From Haliotis cracherodii (lineage: Eukaryota), in the NCBI RefSeq assembly GCF_022045235.1, contig NW_027266308.1:69564001-69628000 (forward strand): 64,000 nt of DNA, written 5' to 3'. Shown one piece after another: positions 13,322-27,000 of this stretch. Position 1 is the first letter of the stretch, and the number at the start of each line of letters is the position of its first letter. The translations under genes and the position numbers were made by a program. Below the pieces are notes generated by a model that worked only from the letters and a program-made list of their open reading frames with translations, did no database searches and was not told the DNA's origin.

Positions 13322-14145
13322 TACAGCAATAAGTTAATAACTAAAGATACAATAAAATTATTGTGCTATAAATTCTATCTATAAAATGTATTAGTGTATC
13401 AGAAAACCGGTGGGACATAAAGTGTATGTGTAATAATATCTCTATAACACGCTGTGACCTGACGTCATGGTGTCTATATGTTACAGCAGTCAATGTGTAC
13501 AATGACTTAAATTTTCACTTAGGCAATTTACAAAACGCCAAAATATTTCAGTCATTTTCATTTATTTTCCCGTCAGATTGACTAAAGTTTCTTAAGAAGT
13601 TTTACAGATTTTGTATCGAGATTAGCTATGTTTTCAGCTACAGCTACTAAACCAGATATTTTTCTATTGAGAACAATGAGCCTAAATCTTAACGAAGTAA
13701 TTTTTGTGGCAGGCAGTTTCAACCGGCAGTGAACAATTTTCTCCTCTCTCTCTGGTGGATCAGTTCTGACGCAGCTATTTGAAAGGAAAATTGGATTGCA
13801 AACTAGGGGTTGACGAAGACTGGAAACAAATTATCTTTGTCTGTCTCTAACGAAACTTTTTCTGTCAGAACCAGATGATGACTTGCAATGGGAAATCGTT
13901 TTCCTTTAAATGAACCTGTTGACTAATAAATACTATTTTGGTGTGATTTCTGCCCACATATTGAAGGACATTATCTCGTCGTATGAGAATCTAGAGGAAC
14001 CTCTATCTGTGCTTCAATGTGCTCTGCTTTACTTGAACAAGATCGAACCACTTGCAACCTGTGACGACGTCCATGTTTGCCAGAAATAACACTTAATAGA
14101 GTCTAGTGCGGAAGATCTCAGAAATTACTAGTGAGCGTGAGCGAC

Positions 14146-16243
14146 ATGGTTCGCGAGAGGACAAAAACTTCGATGAGTTATTTGAAGTTTCGAATGCTGT
14201 TTCTTATATATGGGCAGTCAGTCGGGAGCGTCGCTAATGACTTCGATCTATGTCACGTTACTCTGGCGCGCCATTGCAACAAAATTAAACTCAGTAAACC
14301 AGATCAACCTCCTCCAGAAATGGGATATAAATCTCACAACAAGGTATTTTCGAACGAAAACGAAATGGAACTTGTCAAATACCTGAAGCGCGCAGCAGAT
14401 ATATATTACGGATTAACCCTAAAAGATGTTCGGAAATTAGCCTTTGAATGTGCAGTAGCGCATGGATTAAAATGTTCAGACGTTTGGAATGTGACCAAAA
14501 TGGCGGACAGTGACTGGTTCGCAGCATTTATGAAGTGTAACAGTACACTAGCAATAAGAAAACCACAAGCCACTAGTCTGGCACGAGCTACTTCGTTCAA
14601 CAAAGCAACTGTCGGTGAATTCTTTGACAACCTTGCTAAGATGCTGGAACTACCACGTTCCACCACAAAACATCTACAATATGGACGAACCTGGTTTTAC
14701 AACCGTACAGCGTCCGAATCACGTTGTTGCCGAGAAAGGAAAGAAGCAAGTCGGCGCTCTGACATCACAAGAGAGGGGAACATTGGTCACACGCACAGTA
14801 GCAATTAATGCAAGTGGGAACAGCATACCTCCCATGCTAATCTTCCCGAGAAAAAACTTCCTACAACGCTTTATAAGAGATGGACCGCCTGGATGTATGG
14901 GAACTGCGAATGGTTCAGGGTGGATCCACTAAGACGACTACGTAGAATTTCTAAAGCACTTTCATAGACATGCTAAACCAAGTAAAGACAACCCTGTTTT
15001 TCCCATACTGGAAAACCATGATTCTCACCATTCGATCTCGGAATTTCTGCAAAGAAATGGGCATTGTACTTCTTTCACTTCCGCCGCATACGTCCCATAA
15101 ACTGCAGCCGCTTGACAGAGCCGTCTTTGGTCCCTTTAAAAAAGGCTACAAGCAGCTGTTGCGATTCCTGGATAATAAATTGTCCTGGTCAAACAATGAC
15201 CATTTACAACATTCCTGAGATTGTCCGTGAAGCATTGCCCTTGGCGGCTACACCAAACAATATTATGTCTGGATTTCGATGTACTGGGATTGTGCCTTAC
15301 AATAGGGACATATTTGAAGAAGCAGAGTTTGCCCCATCCCAAGTTACAGATCGATTTAATCCTATTGCAGATGGGCGTGCTTTGGGGATGCAACGAACTC
15401 TGGACAAACCCGTCCCTGATACAACAGCTGTTCCTGATGATCCTTTCGATCTGACTTCAGCTGTTCCTAGTGATCCTGTCCCTGGAACTTGAGCTGTTTC
15501 CAATGACCCTGTCCCTGGGACTTCAGCTGTTTCCGATGACCCTGTCCATGGGACTTCAGCTGTTTCCGATGATCCTGTCCCTGGGACCTCAGCTGCTTCC
15601 GAAATCCCAAAATCCTTCCTGACAAGCCTGTCCAGTGGATCTTGATAGAATAGAAACTAAAGGCAAAAGAAAAGAAGAAACCAAAGCCAAAACTAAAACG
15701 TCTGGTGTTTAAACAAAGGAAAAAGCCCGTTAAGTACGATTCTGACAGTGATTCTGATTCAGAAATGAACATTTGCTTGGTTTGTTGTGACAAGTTTTCA
15801 AAAAGTCGTCCAGGTGAAGAATGGGTACAGTGTTCTTCATGCAAGTATTGGGCTCATGAAGAGTGTATATCAATACAAGGATTCATCGCTTGTCAGAACT
15901 GTCAGGCAGATGATGATGAAGATGAATGTACATTTGTTTCCAGTTCAAACAAAGTTAATTCGTTTCATCGTTCTATTTAAGTGTATTTTCAATATCAAAC
16001 GGTTTGTTACATTTGACCCTTATGTGTGACATTTGATCCATCCACCCGTTACAACTGACCCGTGGTTGGGTACGACTGTAACACTTGCTAGCATCGCCTG
16101 TCATCCGAACTACTAATGTTACGACGGGACATGGAACCTCACCTGATACTGAATTTTAACTTGAAACCAACTTAACGAGAGTTTTTCTGGTGTTGATTTG
16201 CATTAATTTAAGTTGCAAATGTTACATTTGTGCCCGTCTCCCC
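14146..16243 (+). mobile_element. pogo/Tigger-like DNA transposon, frameshifted transposase pseudogene (HTH/CENP-B + DDE_1 + C-terminal PHD finger)
   Basis: Fragments: YYGLTLKDVRKLAFE...DWFAAFMK...RKPQATSLARATSFNK; IYNMDEPG...KGKKQVG...ERGTLVT...NASGNSIPPMLIFPRK; LPPHTSHKLQPLDRAVFGPFKK; PHD CLVC...WVQCSSCKYWAHEEC...CQNC (15705-15980). Several frameshifts and stops. Probable right terminus ...GCCCGTCTCCCC|TA at 16243; left TIR not found. Confidence 0.9.
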
Positions 16244-16282
16244 TACAACAGACGGAAAGGATGTCTCTTCCTATGCCATGGT

Positions 16283-16470
16283 ACAGGGATCGGGTGGTCA
16301 AACTCGCTGACTTGGTTGATGCATGTCATCGTATCCCAATTGCGTGGATCGATGCTCATGTTGTCAATCACTGGATTGTCTGGTCCAGACTCGATTATTT
16401 ACAGACCGCCGTCATATAGCTGGAATATTGCTGAGTGCGGCGTTAAACAACAAACAATAAACAAAACAAA
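16283..16470 (+). mobile_element. SINE (3' part) of a family repeated in this window
   Basis: GGATCGGGTGGTC...TTTACAGACCGCCGTCATATAGCTGGAATATTGCTGAGTGCGGCGTTAAACAACAAAC tail; matching copies at 18147-18400 (-), 29810-29960, 30510-30580 and 43410-43640. Confidence 0.8.
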
Positions 16471-16599
16471 CCAAAGAAGGCAAGGAATGTCACATCAACT
16501 GGATAGGTCACGGAACCCCGACCCATTTCGACTCGAATGATGATGTCATCACGTCATAGCAACCGCGGAGAATGTTTTAGAAAGCCAAGAATACGACAT

Positions 16600-16740
16600 C
16601 TTCGAAACTAGGATAAAAAAGTCATGAAATCCCCCCGTTGGCAAAAGTTTATCAGTGTGGAAGGGAATTATGTTGAAAAGCAAATAATTTTAATCTTTCA
16701 CGGTCATGTCTTTCTATGCGAGGTGCAGAAAAACACAACC
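16600..16740 (+). mobile_element. mariner transposase C-terminal remnant
   Basis: RWQKFISVEGNYVEK resembles the conserved mariner C-terminus RWxKCxxxxGxYxE/D. Confidence 0.55.
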
Positions 16741-17649
16741 AATCACCATGCCTTGTTCTACCCTTTCTGTCCTCGATGTATCGGCCAGTATATAACTGTG
16801 TTCATATAAATGTTATTCTGAAATAAAAAAATGCATCTTTCAAAATATATTCATGAAGACATCTCCTCGACTTTAAGGTGATGCACGGCGCAGTTTAGAT
16901 GTTTGAGTGTTTTGGGGGACCACGATACTCACACACGTGGGTTTTTTTAAATGTGAACAGCACACAATGATTGTGTCCATGAGTCGTACGTTTCGCCCTC
17001 GCATGGTTGCTCAGGGTGATGACGGAAGTCAAAACTCAGGGGTGAAGTGTAAGACGACAGTAGCCATGTTTATTGATGATGGGTTGAAATGAGTCGAAAG
17101 GGACGGGTTGATAATTAAAAAGCGCGACAGAACGCACTCCGGGACCGAGTGTTCAATATGTTCCCGGGTGCGGAGACCCAATCTATCACTTACAGAAGTC
17201 GGACGGCGATTCTTCTTTGTAGACGTGGTCGTTAGTGAGACGGCGGCCACAAGCCGCTTCTGTCGATGATCTGGGCCCGCCTTCTGCCTGACACTTCAGG
17301 TTTTGTAGATGTGGGTATTAAGTCACGCGGTGCAAGGTCAGTGACCCATGTATGTGTACATACGTCACATCCGGCGACGTAAGGGGGTTTTCATTGACAT
17401 TTACAGATAACGCTGGGTGCTGCCCAGAGGGTGCTTATGATTAGAAGGGACACGCCGAATGTTTGTATACGAAGAGGATAGAATTTCGGTGCACTTTGGA
17501 AACATATTGAAACAGTTAGGAATTTTGGATAAATGAAGTTTTAATGAAAAGTATTGAAATGGTTTGCACTATAACAATTGTTTAGGTGCTCATAAAACAC
17601 TTTTGTTTAACCATAAATAACGCTTACACAAAGCCACGGCAGCCAACAT

Positions 17650-17920
17650 CTACTGCTGAAAACAGGAGTGGCGCAAAACGAAGTTGCCAGACATTTAAAA
17701 CGAAACAATATCATCTCTTTTGGGACGTTATCCACACTAGTGCAACACTCGTGACTTGCCAATCGTCCACACACGACATCACGTCGACAAGACAACCACT
17801 TTCGGTTGGTGCGTCTACGGAATGTATACCAAACTGCCACATTAACAGCTCGGACAATTCCTGGGTTGAGACCAATTAGTGGCAGAGCCGTACGCAAGCT
17901 GTTGAGGGAGCACAACATCT
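17650..17920 (+). mobile_element. Tc1-like transposase remnant (DNA-binding region)
   Basis: Degenerate translation TSRRQD...RLRNVYQTATLTARTIPGLRPISGRAVRKLLREHNI, similar to the Tc1 HTH region. Confidence 0.55.
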
Positions 17921-18146
17921 AGCCTGAGATCCAGCAATACGCCACATTGTGCTTCCATGTCACCGTCTGACACGTTTAGCCTGGTGTTGACAGCATCTGA
18001 GGTTCGGAAGACAAGCCTGTGATAGTGAGTGTCCAGATTTCATCTGCATAGCTCTCCTAGTCGTGCAACGGTCTACCGGCATCCAGAACATTTTAGCTAC
18101 GCCTGCATTACTTAAAAGCCGTCAGTTTTGGGTAGGAAGTGTAATG

Positions 18147-18400
18147 TTTGTTGGTTTTTTTAACGAGGCACTCAGCAATATTCCAGCTATATGACGGCGG
18201 TCTGTAAATAATCGAGTCATGACCAGATAACTCAGTGATTGACATCGACCACCGATCTAGCTAATGACATACCACGCCATACATCAACCATGTCATTGAG
18301 CCTGACCACCCCATCGCGTTAGTCTCCTCTTACGACAAGCACAGTCGCCTTTTACAGAAAGCAATGATTGCTGAAGATCTATACCACCCCGAATATTCAT
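18147..18400 (-). mobile_element. SINE copy (same family as 16283-16470)
   Basis: Reverse complement of the TTTACAGACCGCCGTCATATAGCTGGAATATTGCTGAGTG...TTAAA tail. Confidence 0.75.
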
Positions 18401-19199
18401 AGGTGTCATATTAAAAGATAAACATGTTATTTGGTCAAAGTCAAATGTTCTGTTTTATATCGGGTTTTTTTCTCACTGACCTTGGTTAGAACACCATAGT
18501 GTCACTGCTGCAGACGAAGTATTTCTGATGTGAAACACCAATTCTGTGTATTTTCAGATAAAAAAGTACTTCATCATATGTACACAATAGGATATATGGA
18601 CATCACAACAGTGCCTCCACATACCTGTACAGGGGAGTGTTAGTGACTGGGTTTTCCTACATAATAATACCTACAAAATATGTGCAGAGTGAGTGAGTGA
18701 GTTGGGTCTGTAACTGCTGTTCACAATAGACATGATATATGACCCTAACTGGATCATAGAAATGACACAACACATTACAGCATTTCCCTGTTGTCTTTAA
18801 TGAGAAAATATTGCTGCAATATTATCTCACAAATAAAATTTCATAAATACAAATGAAAGTAAAATTACATTCTTCACTACTCCCTGTGAATTATTGCTGA
18901 CAATATCCTGCATCATTTCCTGGTTCCAGGCAAGATTCGACTACAGCATCCATCATCTTGGAAACCATTTCATTGCTTTATTTCTTATTAACCATGGAAA
19001 CAGCACAATCCGAGCAACACTGAGGTAAGATTCCACTTCAATCCTCTGCCTCCACACAGTGGAGGTCCCGAGTCCACAGCACACAGGTACATACTGCCCC
19101 CCCTCTCACCCCATGCCCTATCTCTGTTGTCTAACACATGTCCTTATGTCTCACCACCCCCTCTCATGCATCCGCAGGAGCTCATTCCTCCCAACTGCA

Positions 19200-20155
19200 G
19201 GGAACCCCTCCCCCCCCCGGACGAGATCATTCTTCCTTACTAACCCCTCCCCACACATGTGAGATCATTCTTCCTTACTAACCCCTCCCCACACACACAC
19301 AAGATCATTCTTCCTTACTAACCCCTCCCCACACATGTGAGATCATTCTTCCTTACTAACCCCTCCCCACACACACGAGATTATTCTTCCTTACTAACCC
19401 CTCCCCACACACACGAGATCATTCTTCCTTACTAACCCCTCCCCACACACACACAAGATCATTCTTCCTTACTAACCCCTCCCCACACATGTGAGATCAT
19501 TCTTCCTTACTAACCCCTCACCACACATGTGAGATCATTCTTCCTTACTAACTGCTCCCCTCCCCCCCACACAAGATCATTCTTCCTTACTAACTCCTCC
19601 CCACACACGAGATCATTCTCCCATACTAACCCCTCCCCCACACGTGAGATCATTCTTCCTTACTAACTCCTCCCTCCCCACACACGAGAACATTCTTCCT
19701 AACTGACCCCTCACCACACAGGAGTTCATTCTCCCTTCCTAACGCCTCACCACACACACACGTGAGATCATTCTTCCTTACTAACCCCTCCCCACACACG
19801 AGATCATTCTCCCTTCCTAACCCCTCACCACACACACACGTGAGATCTTTCTTCCTTACCAAACCCTCCCCTCACACATGTGAAATCATTCATCCTACCT
19901 TACCTGTCTCTCCCTCGATCTATTTCCTTCCCCGTCCCCTCACACAGGTGAAATCATTCATCCTACATAACCTGTCCCTCCCTCGACCTCTTTCCCTTCG
20001 GTTCACACAGGTGAAATCATTCATCCTACCTTACCTGTCTCTCCCTCGATCTATTTCCTTCCCCGTCCCCTCACACAGGTGAAATCATTCATCCTACATA
20101 ACCTGTCCCTCCCTCGACCTCTTTCCCTTCGGCTCACACTGGTGAAATCATTCAT
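19200..20155. repeat. C/T-rich ~36-40-bp and ~60-bp minisatellites downstream of the C19orf47 stop (probably 3' UTR)
   Basis: Units GAGATCATTCTTCCTTACTAACCCCTCCCCACACAC and GTGAAATCATTCATCCTAC... Confidence 0.85.
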
Positions 20156-20493
20156 GCTTCCTTTTCACACATATTAGCTCATTCTCTATCACTAGGCCAC
20201 TGCGAGGCAGTTCATGTTGACCAGTACACTTACAACAGTGGGCTCCTGACGTCGAGCACCATCAACATGGACGGAGAGTGGTGGCTATCAGGACGGCACC
20301 CATTGCTCTCCAGACACCAGCTGCCTCACTATGTATTACCACAGAGGTCACGCCCCCTTCAGCACAGGCAGGCGACACAGGGGCAAGGCTACCTCGCCCA
20401 CACAGAAGGCCATCACTTGAGTTGCCAGTCTAGTAGATCACATTGTTAAGTCCATGACAGTCCCAGGGTCCTTTCAGTCACTGCACACTGTAG

Positions 20494-23400
20494 TCACGGT
20501 GTGGTGTGCTTTCTCCCCAGGCGGCCGAAGATCCCGGTCCGGACAACTGTCGGGGTGGAGGAAATGGTCGCAGGCTGCTTCACTGGTGTGTCTTCACCGG
20601 TCTTGGGGCCGAGACGAGACTTGATTCCTGTAACATGCAGGAGGGGTGTTGCCATGAGTGAGTGAGCACAACCCTATTAGCAGACATCCTGACCATACTT
20701 GATTGATTGATTGATTGATTGTACAACAGCATCCAGGTAATAATCAAGTCTGGCCCAGACAATCCAGACAATTGCTCGATTATCATCCACTTTTGGGGAG
20801 GGAGTATTTTTACTCCTTATTTTCTATTAAAGTTGTCAAGTTGAAGACAGGCCACCTTCAACAAGTCTTCACCTACCGTGAGAAGTAAGTCCACTACTGC
20901 TTGTCACTGTGGCTTTCTGAGGGCCAAGTCGTACTGTCACCGACGGAGTTACCGGGGAGGTGGTTGAGGACGAAGTGGTTGTACTGCTTGCAGTTTCTGT
21001 CTGCACCTTCTTCCCCAGTCGTTGTTTAATGGACAGATTTTCCGCAACATAATCTCGTGATAGAATCCCAGCTGTTGAGGCTGATGCTGGTGACGTTGTT
21101 GTCACCTCAGCTGTCTGGATCGCTGAGGATAAACAAACAAACACAATAACATTTCCCTACAAGAAGCAATGTCACTGACTCATGCAAGCATTTCAAAATA
21201 ACAGTATCTAAAATTTAACATCCTAGTATGAAAGCTACAGAAATTGTTTACTCATTTTATAAAATAAAAATACTGTACCACTTGATATGTTACCATGTCC
21301 ACAGTGATTCTACTAACCATCATGATACTGTTAGATGATACTGTCACACGAGTCAAACTTTACACATTTACCAAAACAATCTACTAAACCCATCACTGGC
21401 ATACTCACTGATTTTCTTCCGGACAGCCAGTTTGCGGGCTGCTGCTGACAATGCAGCTGCCTTCTTGGACATCGATGTGACCTTGACCTTCTTGGGAGGC
21501 GACTTGAGTACTCCAGCATATTCCAGCACGGAGTCGATGACTTCATCACTGTCATCTTCATCTTCACCCAATACTGACGTTGACGATGCTGGCCTCTTGA
21601 CTGTTGATTTGTCTCCCAGACGATTAAACACTGAACCCTAGAAGTCACCAAAATATAATCATCATAATATCGCTGGTTAATGAGTCCATATTGACTAATA
21701 CTAAAATTGTAAATTTTACATTAAATACTTATCCAATCTCACACTATGTATTTCTTGCTTCTTCTTTCGATCCCATGTGGAAACGTGCTTGAACAATGTT
21801 TCCAGCTTCTAAAAACAAATCACCCGAACAGATCGGCACCAACTGGAACAACAAGTGAAAGTGCAGGAAATGAGGAACAACTGGCGGTTGATGATCGGGA
21901 AGTTCTAGGATTGTCAATGGCTGGCGCTGTCGAGGTTGGCTGGTCATGTCAATGGCAGTAAGTAAAGTATGCCAAACAGCCGGCGATAGGTCTGTCTGTA
22001 CTGATTCCAACAAAAGCAGGTTTGTTACAACTCATAAAAAAGTCCTGACATGTGCTATGCAAAACATCCCTGCGCGGCGTTGATCGTAAGTGCTCTAGAG
22101 CATGCAAACCGGTCTATATTCTTGCCTAGCACTTGGGAGTAGAACACCACACACACCCATCACAGGACAAAACAGGGGGAACTGTATAGTAGAAGAACAA
22201 AAATGTCGTCCCAAGTTCAGAAGAGATAACGGTGTATGTGCAGAAAGTATGACATCACCGGTGCATTAGCAAGTTGATCGTGGTAATATCTGATGCATGT
22301 AAATAATTTGTTGATTGCACAAGTAAAATTGCAGCAAGAGATTCTTCATTCACTTGATCTGGATCGTTAATAAGTTGGAAATCTTACTGAGCCACAGATT
22401 AAACTAACGCTGAGGAGAGAGACCGATGATTTCATGAGGTAGGTAAGAGAGGGGGATGCCAATGTAGGCTGACTTATCTCCAAACCGACATAGTTAATCC
22501 AATCAAGGCGATGCGGAGGCTGAATCTGGATGTGGCATCGTGGTTCTGGGCTGGAAGATCGCCAGGGAAGACAAGAGATGAAGCTCCCAACAAAGGCGAA
22601 TCGTGATTCTACCATCCTGTCACATGATTCAGGGGTCCCATGAGAGTGCAACTGCGCATGCGTAGACCAGTGTGACCCTGTGGCATAGACAGGACAACAC
22701 TGAAATTATCTTGCTCGGTATACATTCCGTTCTCTGATTTTCTGAGGATAATTGGTTGCCAATTACTCATTTCTTTGCCGATCCCGAGGTGATCGCATTA
22801 ATGGACGTTTTACCGTTTGACAACCTGCGAAGTTGTCAGAATTTCCACTTGAATATTGATCTACCTCATGGTTGGCTGTGTCGGCAGCCATCATAGGGGA
22901 CGACGTTCATAATACAATCCCTGCAGAGGACAATCTAAATCCAAGGGAAAATCTAAAGCAGAGACATCCTCTTCTACAAGCTATTCAAGCTCTAAACCCT
23001 CCTCGTTCGGAGGACAGTGTAGCTAATGCGAGAACTTCGCCATCGGTAACAGAAATGGCACTAATGCTCGACGAACTAAAGAAAATGTTGGTGGGGCTTT
23101 TACAACTGGGGACATCGTTCAAATCAGTAGAACAGAAACTTGAACGTGAACAAGTTCACCCCTATGGAGAGGACAATTACTTTCCGGATTAGGAGTTGGG
23201 TCATGATTATCCAAGATGGTGGGAGGAACAATCGACGAGAGACGATGAGGGAATCGATGAGGGAGGCAAAGTGAGAGGGGTGTCCAAGCGATGGTGATCA
23301 AGGGGCTAGTCCAAATACGAAGAGCAGCAGTTATCAGCATGCGAGTCGAAATCAGGATAACACGATGCATAAGGGAAACCATGCCAGTGATGATACAGAT

Positions 23401-23934
23401 TCAAGCGTGGAAGAGAGACGTGGGGGGTCTCCATAATCACTGTAAAGAGAGGGATCCCAAGCACTTAAGTCCTGTTGATGATGATAATCGTAAGAGAAAG
23501 AAAGATCCCGTTGACGACGTCAATCTGTGTCATTAGATATGGCAGGGGTGGTCATGTGATCACATCATGTAGATCGCTAAGCATGGGATTACAGTGCGTG
23601 ACCCATTTGCATGGATGGTGACCATGGTGATTCTGGGCTGTGTTCAGGTGATTTGTTTTTAGAAGCTGGAAACTTGTTCAAGAATGTTTTGATAAGGGAT
23701 TGAAAGAAGCAAGAAATGCATATTGTGTGATAGAATGATTTAAATTTTTTATTATTCTGAATATGTATAGATAAAAATCACCAAAGTAGACATGCAATTA
23801 ATCAATTTAAAGCTAAATATGGACTAGGCCGATGTTTTACATGTTTAAAATTCACTTTTCTGTCCTCATTTTCCACCTTAACCAAGGTAATCTTAATAAA
23901 TGTAAATGTAAACAGTACTAATTTAGTTTGTGTG

Positions 23935-24015
<81 letters not shown>

Positions 24016-27000
24016 AGGGTCAGGGTAGTGATCAACTGTGGGAGGGAGTCAGGGTAGTGTTCACCTGTGGGAGGGGCATCAGGGTAGTGATCACCTGTGG
24101 GAGGGGGGTCAGGGTTATGATCACCTGTGGGAGGGGGGTCAGGGTAGTGATCACCTGTGGGAGGAGGGTCAGGGTAGTGATCACCTGTGGGAGGAGGGTC
24201 AGGGTAGTGTTCACCTGTGGGAGGAGGGTCAGGGTCGTGATCACCTGTGGGGGTAGGGTCAGGGTAGTGATCACCTGTGGGGGTAGGGTCAAGGTAGTGA
24301 TCCCCTTAGGAGGAGGGTCAAGGCAGTGATCACCTGTGGAGGAGGGTCAAGGCAGTGATCACCTGTGGGGGTAGGGTCAAGGTAGTGATCACCTGTGGGG
24401 GTAGGGTCAAGGTAGTGATCACCTGTGGAGGAGGGTCAAGGCAGTGATCACCTGTGGGGGTAGGGTCAAGGTAGTGATCACCTGAGGAGGAGGGTCAAGG
24501 CAGTGATCACCTGTGGGGGTAGGGTCAAGGTAGTGATCACCTGAGGAGGAGGGTCAAGGCAGTGATCACCTGTGGGGGTAGGGTCAAGGTAGTGATCACC
24601 TGTGGGCGTAGGGTCAAGGTAGTGATCACCTGTGGGGGTAGGGTCAAGGTAGTGATCACCTGTGGAGGAGGGTCAGGGTAGTGATCACATGTGGAGGGGG
24701 GTCAAGGCAGTGATCACCTGTGGGCGTAGGGTCAAGGTAGTGATCACCTGTGGGGGTAGGGTCAAGGTAGTGATCACCTGTGGAGGAGGGTCAGGGTAGT
24801 GATCACATGTGGAGGAGGGTCAGGGTAGTGATCACATGTGGAGAGGGGTCAGGGTAGTGATCACATGTGGAGAGGGGTCAGGGTAGTGATCACCTGTGGG
24901 TGTAGGGTCAAGGTAGTGATCACCTGTGGGGGTAGTTTCAGGGTAGTGATCACCTGTGGAGAGGGGTCAGAGTAGTGATCACCTGTGGGGGTAGGGTCAA
25001 GGTAGTGATCACCTGTGGAGGAGGGTCAAGGCAGTGATCACCTGAGGAGAGGGGTCAGGGCAGTGATCACCTGGGGAGGGAGGCAGGACAGAGGGGCCAG
25101 ACTTACAGATGGTGAGGCACTCTTGAGAACCACATTCCCCAGTCCCGTCACTGTGACTTGCTGCGGTGAATCCACACCAAGACGCTCAAACACTGACGAC
25201 CTCTTGGACAAAGAATCTGTACATAAAATCATAAGTAGATAAGATGCTTTTGTCCTAGCCATATCAATATTTGTTATAGTTTTGTGCAAATGGTGAAGAT
25301 TAGAATTTGTTTTATATGAATTTGAATGCAACATTTGCAAACAACTATTCTTTCTTTACATATACTGGATTACTGTACTGATGTAGGTGTTTGTTTGGCT
25401 GACCTGACACTTCAGGTTTGGGAGTTGGTATGTTCTTCATGGGTGCTGCTTCAGGGTCCTTGCCCAAGTAGTGGCCCACCATCCTAGCGGCAGCTGCAAA
25501 AACACAGACAAGGGATAAGTTACCCTAACACAGACACTAGGATAAGTTACCCTAACACAGACACAAGGGATAAGTTACCCTAACACAGACACAAGGGATA
25601 AGTTACCCTAACAAAGACACAAGGATAAGTTACCCTAACACAGACACTAGGATAAGTTACCCTAACACACACACTAGGAATAAGTTACCCTAACACAGAC
25701 ACTAGTATAAGTTACCCTAACACAGACACTAGGGATATGTTACCCTAACACAGACACAAGGATAAGTTACCCTAACACAGACACTAGGATAAGTTACCCT
25801 AACACAGACACTAGGATAAGTTACCCTAACACAGACACAAGGATAAGTTACCCTAACACAGACACTAGGATAAGTTATCTTAACACAGACACTAGGAATA
25901 AGTTACCCTAACACAGACACTAGGAATAAGTTACCCTAACACAGACACTAGGATAAGTTACCCTAACACAGACACAAGGATAAGTTACCCTAACACAGAC
26001 ACTAGGGATATGTTACCCTAACACAGACACTAGGATAAGTTACCCTAATACAGACACAAGTATAAGTTGCCCTAACACAGACACAAGGATAAGTTACCCT
26101 AACACAGACACTAGGATAAATTACCCTAACACAGACACTAGGAAGAAGTTACCCTAACACAGACACTAGGAAGAAGTTACCCTAACACAGACACAAGGAT
26201 AGGTTACCCTAACACAGACACTAGGATAAGTTACCCTAACACAGACAAGGGATAAGTTACCCTAACACAGACACTAGGAATATGTTCGACTAATGTCGAT
26301 TCTATAGTGCAAGTCCAATGAGATACCATGCCGCAGCTTGACATGAATACCATACCCAGACAAAGTATACTGACTCCAAACCGACAAGTCCATGTTCTAG
26401 CCACTTAACATGTCAGGGTAACAACAAGTACCATTTTTTAACATCTTTTGGTATGACGTGGCCAGGTATCGAACCCACAACTTTCCTCTCTCCGGGCAGA
26501 CGGTCTACCCTAAAGCCATGGAGGCGGTCAGTGTCCATCATGAGTCTTTGTCTGTAGCCCACCCCAAAAGCATCTACAGTGATCTCTATCTTCAACAATA
26601 CCAAATAACAGATACAATTTGTTCAAACTATAGTGAGTGAGTTAAGATTAATGCCACATTGAACAGTACTGAGTTATATTATGGTGTGTCAGCTTAATGT
26701 GGGAGGAAAGCCTCAGTAATGTAGGTCTCCCGTGAAAACCTATGAGAACAGGTATGTTGCTGACTAGCCTAAAAACATTATTGGGGAGACACGGGATTCA
26801 AACCCATGATCATAGGTTTCTGGCTCAGCGAACTGCGGCACCTTAGACAACTGGGCCACTTATGTCCCCTATTGAATGTTTGATGGATTAAAAACATATG
26901 AACATAGCACTGTCTTCCTGCTGTCCTTGCAGCAGTTACCATGGTTACCTGTAGATCTGCGGGGCTGAGATGGACTGTTGTTGGAAGTACTTTGCGTGAC

